Shown: in pieces, positions 1 through 7,580 of the stretch
Position numbering within the stretch: the first letter of the stretch is position 1
Layout: every line of letters starts with the position of its first letter
Assembly: GCA_018650165.1 (NCBI GenBank)
Contig: JABIGM010000057.1
Span: forward strand, 1-42,540
Direction of reading: 5' to 3'
Length of the DNA stretch: 42,540 nucleotides
Source of the DNA: Methanobacteriota archaeon
GTDB taxonomy: Archaea; Thermoplasmatota; Poseidoniia; Poseidoniales; Poseidoniaceae
Program-made: the position numbers and the translations under genes
The notes under the pieces: model-generated
The model's database searches: none
The model's input: the letters and a program-made list of their open reading frames with translations, nothing else
Told to the model about the DNA's origin: nothing

Positions 1-585
1 GCCAACTTCAGGATTAACACATCCAATGACACGAGCAACTTGACGCACTCCGTGAGCGGGATCGCCAGGATTGAATCTTTCAGGACAGTATGCAATTTCA
101 ACATCAACACCAATTTCAAGCCCGATATCTTCAACTTCAGGTAGCCAAGTTTGAGCAGTAACTCCTGGATATACTGTCGATTCAAGAACTACAATCGTTC
201 GAGAACCCTTTTCCAGAGATTCAAAGACTGCTCTACCTGCCTTTTGCACATACGACAAATCTGGTTTGAGGTCCTCAGTTACTGGCGTTGGTACAGTCAC
301 AAGCACTACGTCACAGTGAGGCACTGCTTCTGCTGTTGATGTAGTGATATTCCATCTTTCAGTCCCAGGTGCTGGAATGATATCGTTAACATCAGGATCG
401 CCAGTGGGGTTTTCTCCGCGCTTCACCATATCTACGGTACGCTGTGAAATGTCAACTCCCCATACAGTGAAGCCAGCATCATGGAATCCAATCGCTGTGG
501 GTAGGCCAACATAACCTAGACCAATAATGCCAACGGTGAGGTCACCCTCAGCAGCCCGCTCAGCAAACTCGGATGTCCACCCCAT
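1..585 (-). CDS. Nucleotide-sugar dehydrogenase (UDP-glucose/GDP-mannose/UDP-ManNAc dehydrogenase family), 3' end outside window
   Basis: Absent from ORF track (runs off the edge). Manual translation from ATG 585: MGWTSEFAERAAEGDLTVGIIGLGYVGLPTA (Rossmann GxGxxG), VTVPTP, LESTVYPG, YCPERFNPG. Confidence 0.93.
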   Translation of the reverse strand, partial: MGWTSEFAERAAEGDLTVGIIGLGYVGLPTAIGFHDAGFTVWGVDISQRTVDMVKRGENPTGDPDVNDIIPAPGTERWNITTSTAEAVPHCDVVLVTVPTPVTEDLKPDLSYVQKAGRAVFESLEKGSRTIVVLESTVYPGVTAQTWLPEVEDIGLEIGVDVEIAYCPERFNPGDPAHGVRQVARVIGCVNPEVG

Positions 586-669
586 GTCTGCAAGGTATAG
601 GGCCGAGTTTTTCAACCCAATGGCTTATTCCAGCGAAGGTATGTTGACCTCAAGCGCCAACCGACTGGC

Positions 670-1524
670 ATGGCGAGTGTGCTTGTGACTGGCGGAGCCG
701 GCTTCATCGGCACCCACCTTTGCCGCTTTTTACACGATAACGGCCATCAAGTAGTCTCCTTAGACTGCGACCAGACCGGAGAACAGCCATGGGAGTGTAT
801 TACTGCTGATATTCGTGACCAATTGCAATTTGATGGCATTGATGCAATCGTTCACCTTGCAGCCCAAGTATCAGTAGTTAGATCGGTTGAAAACCCTGAT
901 GAAACTTTGTCTGTGAATATCGATGGAACTTCTTCGATAATTTCAGCTGCTGAATTATCTGGTGTCAAAAGATTACTTTTCGCATCTAGCGCAGCAGTGT
1001 ACGGAGATTCACAGCATATACCAATTCCCGAAACAGCACCTCTTATTCCACAATCACCCTACGCGGTTTCAAAAATTGTCGGTGAGGAGTTATGCCGCCG
1101 TAGTGAAATTGAAACCTGTGCTATGCGTTTCTTCAATGTCTATGGGCCAGGCCAATCTGCCGAGGGGGGATATGCTGCAGTGATTCCAGCATTCAAACAA
1201 GCAATCGCTAAAGGAGACAATTGCCGTATCTTTGGAGACGGTACACAAATCAGAGATTTTGTTCACATTAATGATCTAGTTAAGGTGATTAGTCTTGCAT
1301 TAAATGTTGAGAAACTACCCTCTGAAATGAATATTGCATCTGGCCAGCCTACAAGTTTGTTAGATTTAGTGAAAGTATTTTCTGGTTCGAATCCAGAAAT
1401 GAAACCGCCACTTTTTGAAGAAGAAAGACCCGGTGATATACACACATCTCTTGCAGACATTACACGAATGCAGGAATCGCTATCGATTGATGAAATGGTC
1501 TCTCTTGAGGAGGGTCTTTCTTGA
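670..1524 (+). CDS. NAD-dependent epimerase/dehydratase (extended SDR, UDP-glucose 4-epimerase-like)
   Basis: TGGAGFIG, SSAAVYG, YAVSK (YxxxK), RFFNVYGP, RDFVHIND. Confidence 0.93.
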   Translation: MASVLVTGGAGFIGTHLCRFLHDNGHQVVSLDCDQTGEQPWECITADIRDQLQFDGIDAIVHLAAQVSVVRSVENPDETLSVNIDGTSSIISAAELSGVKRLLFASSAAVYGDSQHIPIPETAPLIPQSPYAVSKIVGEELCRRSEIETCAMRFFNVYGPGQSAEGGYAAVIPAFKQAIAKGDNCRIFGDGTQIRDFVHINDLVKVISLALNVEKLPSEMNIASGQPTSLLDLVKVFSGSNPEMKPPLFEEERPGDIHTSLADITRMQESLSIDEMVSLEEGLS

Positions 1525-2564
1525 AGATAGTTTGGCTATCGTCTAGAATGCTCGGCGGCGATTTGAGTTCTACTACTCAGATTCAATTAGCTAATGGTTT
1601 GGTAAAAAAAGGTCATTCAGTGGACCTTTATTCACCGGGAAAATCAGTTGGTAATTCGTTTGAGCACCATTCGATTACTCGTAGTAATATTCGGGGATTA
1701 CAAGCACGAAGTGTGGTTAAGCAACTCAGAAAGCGCACTCTTGAATTCAAAGATGCTGACGCAGTTTTAATCGATTGGCCAATATTCTCATTGGCTAGTA
1801 TAATTCAGTCTCCAGTTATTTTAATGGATAGAAGCCCCCCTGCTGACAAGGGATTTTTAGCAAAATTGCAATGGCCGAAATGGACGAAAGCATGGTCAAA
1901 AGCAATTCGAGGGACAGTCGTCTCTCAGGCCCATCGGGAATTCGTCTCAGAACAAACTCAAACCCCTAAAGCATCAATTGGCGTAATTCCTGCAGGAGTT
2001 GATTTAGAGCGTTTCCAAATTGGAGAGAAGGATGGTCCAATCCAGATGGTATATCATGGGAGAGTCGATTCAAATCGTGGCGTTTTAGGTTTACCAATGG
2101 TATTATCGGGACTCCTGTCCAAAGGCATTGATGCAACGATGCACATCTATGGTTCTGGCGATGCAGTAAATCGTTTGCGCAAGATAGGTATGCCCGGTTT
2201 GGAGATTACAGACACTATACCTCAAGACGAGGTTGCACAAAAATTAGCAAAATATGATGTTGGACTACTGCCAATGCCCGAGGATAAAGTTTGGAATCTC
2301 GCCAGCCCACTCAAACGGTCAGAATACTTAGCTAGTGGGTTGGTAGTTTGTGGTACTGACCATGATGGCCATCGTATCAAGGATTCAGGAGATTGGCTCC
2401 AATTATACAATCAAGATGAATATATTTCTCGGACCATAAATTGGCTGAGTAGTTTGGACCGTCAATTGCTGACTGCGTTGCAAAAAGAGTCTAGAGCCTA
2501 TGCTGAAGAACACCTTTCGTGGTCTCATTCTGTCGATGTTTTAGAATCTATGATATTGTCATAG
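1521..2564 (+). CDS. Glycosyltransferase family 4 (GT-B)
   Basis: PAGVDLERF, YHGRVDSNRG, PLKRSEYLASG; TTG start overlaps the epimerase stop by 4 bp. Confidence 0.85.
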   Translation: MKIVWLSSRMLGGDLSSTTQIQLANGLVKKGHSVDLYSPGKSVGNSFEHHSITRSNIRGLQARSVVKQLRKRTLEFKDADAVLIDWPIFSLASIIQSPVILMDRSPPADKGFLAKLQWPKWTKAWSKAIRGTVVSQAHREFVSEQTQTPKASIGVIPAGVDLERFQIGEKDGPIQMVYHGRVDSNRGVLGLPMVLSGLLSKGIDATMHIYGSGDAVNRLRKIGMPGLEITDTIPQDEVAQKLAKYDVGLLPMPEDKVWNLASPLKRSEYLASGLVVCGTDHDGHRIKDSGDWLQLYNQDEYISRTINWLSSLDRQLLTALQKESRAYAEEHLSWSHSVDVLESMILS

Positions 2565-3418
2565 ATCTCACCCCATTGGCGCCTTACATTTTCAATAAGG
2601 TGCTCTGAGATTGCCTCTTCTAAGTTTTCAGTAACCGGGTTATTAATCGCAGATTTCCAACTATCTATGTCACCAAGTGTTGCGGTTTTGACGCATGAAG
2701 GAAGGTCTGGAACATTTTCTGAAGCAATAACAGGGCATCCCGCAGCAAGGGCTTCTAGGATTACCATCGGCTGCCCTTCATATTCGGATGGCACAATCAG
2801 CACCCCTGCAGTTTGCAGAAGGTTCCATTTTTCTTCTTCAGTAACCCATCCCAAGGCAGTTACTCCCTCGGGAGCCGAATCAACTCCTGTAACTCTAAGG
2901 TCATCAAGGTCTAACGAATATGCGAACTTGTGACCCTTAACGGGGTCATTCCTTCCCATTAGCAAAGTGAAATTTTCTCTTTCAACACCATCTTTCAATT
3001 GGGCATCCACTGGATTTGGTACAGCGATTGAATCTCCAATCAATGGATGTAATTTTTCACTCCATCCTTCAGATAAGCAAACAACCTGGTACTCATCTAA
3101 GTCTGATTTCGTGTCGATATCGAATTTACCAGAATGTATGTGGAATATTACCGGACAATTTGCAACTTTAGCAATCGAAATTTTACGACGGTAAGACCAA
3201 TCGGAAGCACAGTGTATGTGGACCAAATCGAAATCACCGGTTTTGATTTGTTTCTTAGCAATTCTCCATCGCTTTATCTTTCTTCTGATTCCTTTGGTGG
3301 AGTATGTGTTGCATGATGACCCCCTCCAACCATCGGGCGGTTTTGCTGCTAAGAGGTGAATTACAGAAGCCATGCCCCCTGGGGCCATAGTCGGCCCGAC
3401 ATGAACGACTCTTCGCAT
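2525..3418 (-). CDS. Glycosyltransferase family 4 (GT-B)
   Basis: GGMASV N-terminal motif, GRNDPVKG, PSEYEGQPMVILEALAAG; AAGGAGG SD upstream. Confidence 0.88.
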   Translation of the reverse strand: MRRVVHVGPTMAPGGMASVIHLLAAKPPDGWRGSSCNTYSTKGIRRKIKRWRIAKKQIKTGDFDLVHIHCASDWSYRRKISIAKVANCPVIFHIHSGKFDIDTKSDLDEYQVVCLSEGWSEKLHPLIGDSIAVPNPVDAQLKDGVERENFTLLMGRNDPVKGHKFAYSLDLDDLRVTGVDSAPEGVTALGWVTEEEKWNLLQTAGVLIVPSEYEGQPMVILEALAAGCPVIASENVPDLPSCVKTATLGDIDSWKSAINNPVTENLEEAISEHLIENVRRQWGEIYDNIIDSKTSTE

Positions 3419-3476
3419 GTTGCCTCCTTCTAACTACACAGCAATAGCCTTGGTGCCGTTCTTAGCAGGGGTTTTG

Positions 3477-3482
3477 TTGAAG
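3477..3482 (+). promoter_or_regulatory. Putative TATA-like box (TTGAAG) of the GT2 gene
   Basis: First base 29 nt upstream of ATG 3506; same motif and spacing recur at many starts. Confidence 0.55.
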
Positions 3483-3505
3483 AAAGAGAGGTTTAGTCGC
3501 TAACC

Positions 3506-4690
3506 ATGGCAGGTGAGTGGTTAGCCTATGGTGAATTTAGTTTAGCCGTAATTGGACTAACTCCATTTGCTTTACACCGTTGGTCGTGTGGAAAGTGGGC
3601 TAAGAGTCGATTAGTATGCCCTCAAGATGATTCTGAACTTGCAATTACAGTACTCTTGCCAGTTTGGAATGAAGGCCTAATTATTGAGAAGAAACTTGCG
3701 AGCCTTGCTCAACAAAGTGTAAAGGTAAATTTATTGTTAATAGATTCAGCATCTACCGATGATACATTATCAAAATCCCGTACTTGGTTGGAAGACTTTC
3801 CAAATGCTTTCACTTCTCACCAAATTATTGCCATGCCCAAAAGATTGGGAAAGACTACAGCAGTTATGCAAGCTCTCGATGCGTTAGAAGGAAATGATGG
3901 AATAATTGTAATGACCGATGCCGATGCAACTCTTATGGCGGGAGCATTGGAAAGAGTAAGGCGCTGGTTTAGTGATTCACAAATTGGAGCAGTAGGGGGG
4001 ACACCCCAACGAATCGGTGAGTTTGGTGGGGAAGAAGTGCATCGGAATATGTACACACTACTGAGAGTTGGAGAATCCGCTCACGATAGTACACCTTTCC
4101 TCGAAGGCTCGTTACTTGCTTGGAAGTCGGGATTAGTGAAGTCCTCCGATCTGTATGCTACTGCAAATGCAGATGATGCTCAAATTGCGACTGCTGTGCG
4201 TCTAAATGGTCGACGTGCTATTCAGGACCCAGAATTAACTTTCACTGACCAAATGCCATTAACTTCCAAAGAGCAACGGCGACAGAAAGTTCGTAGAGGC
4301 CAAGGTCTGATTCGTCTTTTATCGCGTAAACGCAAGTTTTGGTTTTCTAAGAAAGAGGGTCGTTTTTCTAAGATACTAGGGCGTAACGCATGGATGCATC
4401 TACTTTCACCATTAGCAATTGCGGGGGGCGCTATTATTGCGGTACTGCGTAATGTAACCTATTTGCCAGATTCAAATCTAATGGTCGCACTTTCTGCGAT
4501 AGAAGCATATTGTTTACTTGCGTGGACCTTTACAAGAATTAACAAATCATTTTTTGGAATAAGGTCAGCCGGAACCATACTTTGTGGTTTGGAGAATTTG
4601 TTGGTTGCTCTAATTCTAGCAGGACGTGGCAAGAGTCTACACATGTGGGATCAACATTCAGATGTAAGAGAAACTCTTGCAGAACGGTAG
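3506..4690 (+). CDS. Glycosyltransferase family 2, membrane-bound (CesA-like)
   Basis: LLPVWNE, DSASTDDT, GKTTA, TDADA (DxD), ADD, QKVRR in place of QxxRW; N- and C-terminal hydrophobic helices. Confidence 0.88.
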   Translation: MAGEWLAYGEFSLAVIGLTPFALHRWSCGKWAKSRLVCPQDDSELAITVLLPVWNEGLIIEKKLASLAQQSVKVNLLLIDSASTDDTLSKSRTWLEDFPNAFTSHQIIAMPKRLGKTTAVMQALDALEGNDGIIVMTDADATLMAGALERVRRWFSDSQIGAVGGTPQRIGEFGGEEVHRNMYTLLRVGESAHDSTPFLEGSLLAWKSGLVKSSDLYATANADDAQIATAVRLNGRRAIQDPELTFTDQMPLTSKEQRRQKVRRGQGLIRLLSRKRKFWFSKKEGRFSKILGRNAWMHLLSPLAIAGGAIIAVLRNVTYLPDSNLMVALSAIEAYCLLAWTFTRINKSFFGIRSAGTILCGLENLLVALILAGRGKSLHMWDQHSDVRETLAER

Positions 4691-4708
4691 TGTCCAATTA
4701 ATGAAATT

Positions 4709-4747
4709 AAAAAAAGCCCCCCTGGGAACCGAAGTTCCCAGAAGGGC
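4709..4747 (-). terminator. Hairpin plus U-tract terminator downstream of the pilin
   Basis: Minus strand: GCCC-UU-CUGGGAAC-UUCG-GUUCCCAG-GG-GGGC then 7 U. The cUUCGg loop and two G:U pairs favour the minus strand. Confidence 0.8.
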
Positions 4748-4796
4748 GGATTTGAGCGAGTGCTCGTTAACTAAGGCAATCAGATATTATCCGACT

Positions 4797-5312
4797 TCAG
4801 TTACCATCAGCGTATGCTGTGACGGTTGCGATGACCTTGTCATCTTCATCGCCAACACCAATCTTGGTTAGAGTAACTACGACATCACAGCCGCCGTTTT
4901 CTCCATTACATAGGTCAGTACCAGATTCAGAGATTGTGATCTCTTCTGATGTGTCCCAGCTCTTGTCACCATCTGCAGGTTCACCAATGGTACATTCGTT
5001 AGTTGCGTCAGTGCTGCATGTGTATGAAGCACCATCGTCAACTACGATTGATACCTTTAGTACAGCCCAACTTAGGCCGTCACCTTGGGTCATCTGAACG
5101 TGCACTAGTGCATCGTCCATTGTTTCGCCCATGTCTCCACTTGCATCTCGGTCGCTAAATGTATAGGTATCTAGACCTCCGCCAGTGGAATCACCAGCTA
5201 AGCTAGAAGCCCATACGTATAGTACACCAGCCAGAACTACAGTAATTGCAACCATTAGGATGGTAGCGATAACTGGGCTGACTGCCTCTTCGTTTCGGTT
5301 CTCGTTGTTCAT
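4797..5312 (-). CDS. Archaeal type IV pilin (class III signal peptide, Pilin_N/DUF1628-like)
   Basis: MNNENRNEEA|VSPVIATILMVAITVVLAGVLYVW; GGAGGAGG SD 8 nt before ATG 5312 (ORF-track start 5444 too long); 4 Cys in the globular domain. Confidence 0.92.
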   Translation of the reverse strand: MNNENRNEEAVSPVIATILMVAITVVLAGVLYVWASSLAGDSTGGGLDTYTFSDRDASGDMGETMDDALVHVQMTQGDGLSWAVLKVSIVVDDGASYTCSTDATNECTIGEPADGDKSWDTSEEITISESGTDLCNGENGGCDVVVTLTKIGVGDEDDKVIATVTAYADGN

Positions 5313-5320
5313 TTTTTTGT

Positions 5321-5371
5321 CCTCCTCCCCCAAGTAGGGGATAACTTCCCGACAACAGCCGCCGTATTTAA
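5321..5371 (-). promoter_or_regulatory. Pilin promoter and leader (TATA TTAAAT, 5' hairpin, SD)
   Basis: TTAAAT at 5371-5366; predicted start near 5341 coincides with hairpin UCCCC-UACUUG-GGGGA; SD GGAGGAGG at 5328-5321. Confidence 0.65.
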
Positions 5372-5401
5372 TCTCTCCGCATAACAAAGTCGAATAAGTG
5401 C

Positions 5402-5431
5402 CGAAAAACAGGGCTACTGCGCCCTTGTTCC
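5402..5431 (-). terminator. Terminator-like hairpin upstream of the pilin promoter
   Basis: Minus strand GAACA-A-GGGC-GCAGUA-GCCC-UGUU followed by further U residues. Confidence 0.4.
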
Positions 5432-5555
5432 AACTTGGACCCATTCATGAAAAGTAACACCGAACTAATTGGTACATACAATTTGTAGGCGCGACATTAC
5501 ATTTTCACGAACGAAATAACATTTTTCTCAGCCTTTCGGCTAATTCGATCAAAGG

Positions 5556-5623
5556 TGAACAGGGTGAGAGCCAACGGAGAGGGGATGGGATGCACTCAAC
5601 GGGAACTTCTACAGCCCTGTTCA
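5556..5623 (-). ncRNA. Candidate small non-coding RNA (~68 nt) with paired ends
   Basis: 9-bp terminal helix 5623-5615/5564-5556; TTAATT box 29-30 nt upstream; CU-rich interior; CCUUU after the stem. No family recognised. Confidence 0.45.
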
Positions 5624-5717
5624 ATCTAAGCCCAAGGTGTCACGGCAATTAACCATTTTGACTTAGAAATCTATTTCCATAGCATTATTTGCTAATTTTT
5701 GGTTTTATTATTCGCAC

Positions 5718-6731
5718 TTATTCCACAGTAAGTATCTCTGGTCCGCCAGAATTTACCATTACGGTATGCTCAAACTGTCCAATCATTCCTCCGTCATGGC
5801 AACCTAATGCATGGTATGTTTCGAGGAATCTGATGCTGATTAATTTCTTTACTAATGCATTCCATTTACTCAAGCGACTTTCCTCATCAGCTTCCGGAAA
5901 CGGTTTTTCTAGCATAGGGAATGCCCATCTTTCAGCAAAGGGTAGGGTCGAATAGCGTTCTTCCAAATTCCGGGCTAATTGAGCGCCTAATGGTTTCAAT
6001 TGTTTTCTGGAAAGAGCCTTTCTCCATAGGCCCTTTGAGGTGATGCGGTAAATGTTAGATGAATTTCTTTCACCTATGTTTTTGATCAAACCACTATCCC
6101 CGGTTGTGTTGAAGGGTTCAATCGCATAGACACTGCCTTCTTCAACAACTCCCTTGAAACCAGGATTGTCTGGCCCGCATGCATATGATGGGACACTAAC
6201 TCCTGCATGTAGTTCCCATGGTTTGAGTTGATGACCACATAAATTTCGGATTGGTTGGAATCCAGCATCAATTGTTGGCTGTGCTGCAGCGGCTCCAACT
6301 TTGTACCATGGAGTACCAGGATGCAGCATTTCAATTGCAGCATCACGAGATTCTCTTGCAGCATTAATTTGTTCAGTGTATTTTCCTTTGTTACCTATTT
6401 CAAGACTGAGCGCATTATCTCCTATGTGACCATTAATGTGTACGCCAACATCAAGTTTTACGAGGTCTCCGTTTTGGAAAACCATGTCTCGCTCCCATCC
6501 TTCAGGAGCATTTAGCCCATGGTCGGTAGTATAGTGTGCTGCTAAATTATCCACAGCAATAGTTACAGGAAATGCAGGTTTTCCACCATTACGTCTAATG
6601 AATCGTTCTGCAGATTCGATAACGGAATGCCATGTTTTACCTGCTGTAATTTCTTCTCGCATTGCTTCTAAAGTACGACGCGCAACATGGCCAGCATCAT
6701 GCCAATACTTCAGGTTCGATTCGTCCACCAT
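5718..6731 (-). CDS. map: Methionine aminopeptidase type II
   Basis: AFPV, AAHYT, KLDVGVHING-IGDNA, GHQL, AIEPF, QFEHTV metal-ligand motifs; type II insertion present. Confidence 0.95.
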   Translation of the reverse strand: MVDESNLKYWHDAGHVARRTLEAMREEITAGKTWHSVIESAERFIRRNGGKPAFPVTIAVDNLAAHYTTDHGLNAPEGWERDMVFQNGDLVKLDVGVHINGHIGDNALSLEIGNKGKYTEQINAARESRDAAIEMLHPGTPWYKVGAAAAQPTIDAGFQPIRNLCGHQLKPWELHAGVSVPSYACGPDNPGFKGVVEEGSVYAIEPFNTTGDSGLIKNIGERNSSNIYRITSKGLWRKALSRKQLKPLGAQLARNLEERYSTLPFAERWAFPMLEKPFPEADEESRLSKWNALVKKLISIRFLETYHALGCHDGGMIGQFEHTVMVNSGGPEILTVE

Positions 6732-7321
6732 TCGACCACGTCTTCACGAGGTACAACGCCCTCTCTCATAACGGTTAGCCTCCAACCACGATTTTCTGCA
6801 TCATCTTTTACTAGGTTAATGTATGTACTACCAAGTCCATTTGGACAGATTCCAGGAATAACATATGCAAGTCCTAATTCCTTTGCAGCATCTTCTGTGT
6901 TTTCTTCGGGTTCACTACCAGATTTATTTGCACTAGTGGCTGTAATTGGGCCAAATTCATTAGCTAATTCAATAGCAGCAGGATGTGAGAAAACACGTAT
7001 TGCTATTTGCCCCCCTCCCAATCTTTCATCTAATAAATTGATACTTGGGAGAATAGTAGTGATGCCGCCTTTAGGAAAGTTATCAAGCAAATTTGTTAGA
7101 AACCCAGGAATATGAACTAGAGTTTTGACCTGTTCCAAGGACGCAACCCCTAGACTTACTGGCATCGAATCGAGACGATTTTTTTTTGAAAATAAATTAT
7201 TTAGCCCTGATTTGGTAGGCAGGCACCCTAATCCTGGAAGAGTACTAGTCGGATAGACAATCAGTCCACCTGAATTCAAATGATCTTTCATCCAATCACG
7301 CCCGAACCCAACGATTGACAT
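6710..7321 (-). CDS. sua5: Threonylcarbamoyl-AMP synthase (TsaC/Sua5 YrdC domain only)
   Basis: GGLIVYPTSTLPGLG, KNR..MPV, RVFSHP, TSANKSG, STYI; start 7321 or 7291. Confidence 0.85.
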   Translation of the reverse strand: MSIVGFGRDWMKDHLNSGGLIVYPTSTLPGLGCLPTKSGLNNLFSKKNRLDSMPVSLGVASLEQVKTLVHIPGFLTNLLDNFPKGGITTILPSINLLDERLGGGQIAIRVFSHPAAIELANEFGPITATSANKSGSEPEENTEDAAKELGLAYVIPGICPNGLGSTYINLVKDDAENRGWRLTVMREGVVPREDVVEWWTNRT

Positions 7322-7571
7322 GGTCTTCAGCAATTTGTGCTGCAATCTCTCTATCCTCTGTTTTTACTAGTAATTTACCACTTGGATAGAGAGTTAACTC
7401 TGCAGGGCCAGAGAAAGTCCAAGCCAAACGAGTGCGTATTCCAATTGTATAGCCGGCAGATTCAATTTCTAACCCCACAGCTTCGAGATTTATTTTTTCA
7501 ATCCCATCAACTACTATTTGCCATGCAGATTTATTTCCGCACATTTCCATGATGAAAGAATCTTCGGCCAA
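7296..7571 (-). CDS. Small protein with TBP-like fold / ThiF C-terminal-like domain
   Basis: 91 aa; MCGNKSAWQI...INLEAV...LTLYPSGKLLVKTEDREIA; TTG start with GAGGGA upstream; co-oriented with tsaC. Confidence 0.7.
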   Translation of the reverse strand: MAEDSFIMEMCGNKSAWQIVVDGIEKINLEAVGLEIESAGYTIGIRTRLAWTFSGPAELTLYPSGKLLVKTEDREIAAQIAEDHVNRWVRA

Positions 7572-7580
7572 ATTAATCCC

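Noticed and set aside
151-339. 62-aa plus-strand ORF
   Set aside because: Antisense to the nucleotide-sugar dehydrogenase (1-585, minus), which has clear motifs.
5313-5444. 44-aa N-terminal extension of the pilin in the ORF track
   Set aside because: A strong SD, a TATA box and the class III signal all point to ATG 5312.
5556-5623. Candidate sRNA as a degenerate tRNA (paired ends followed by ACC)
   Set aside because: No D-loop GG, no T-loop TTCGA, and no cloverleaf can be drawn.
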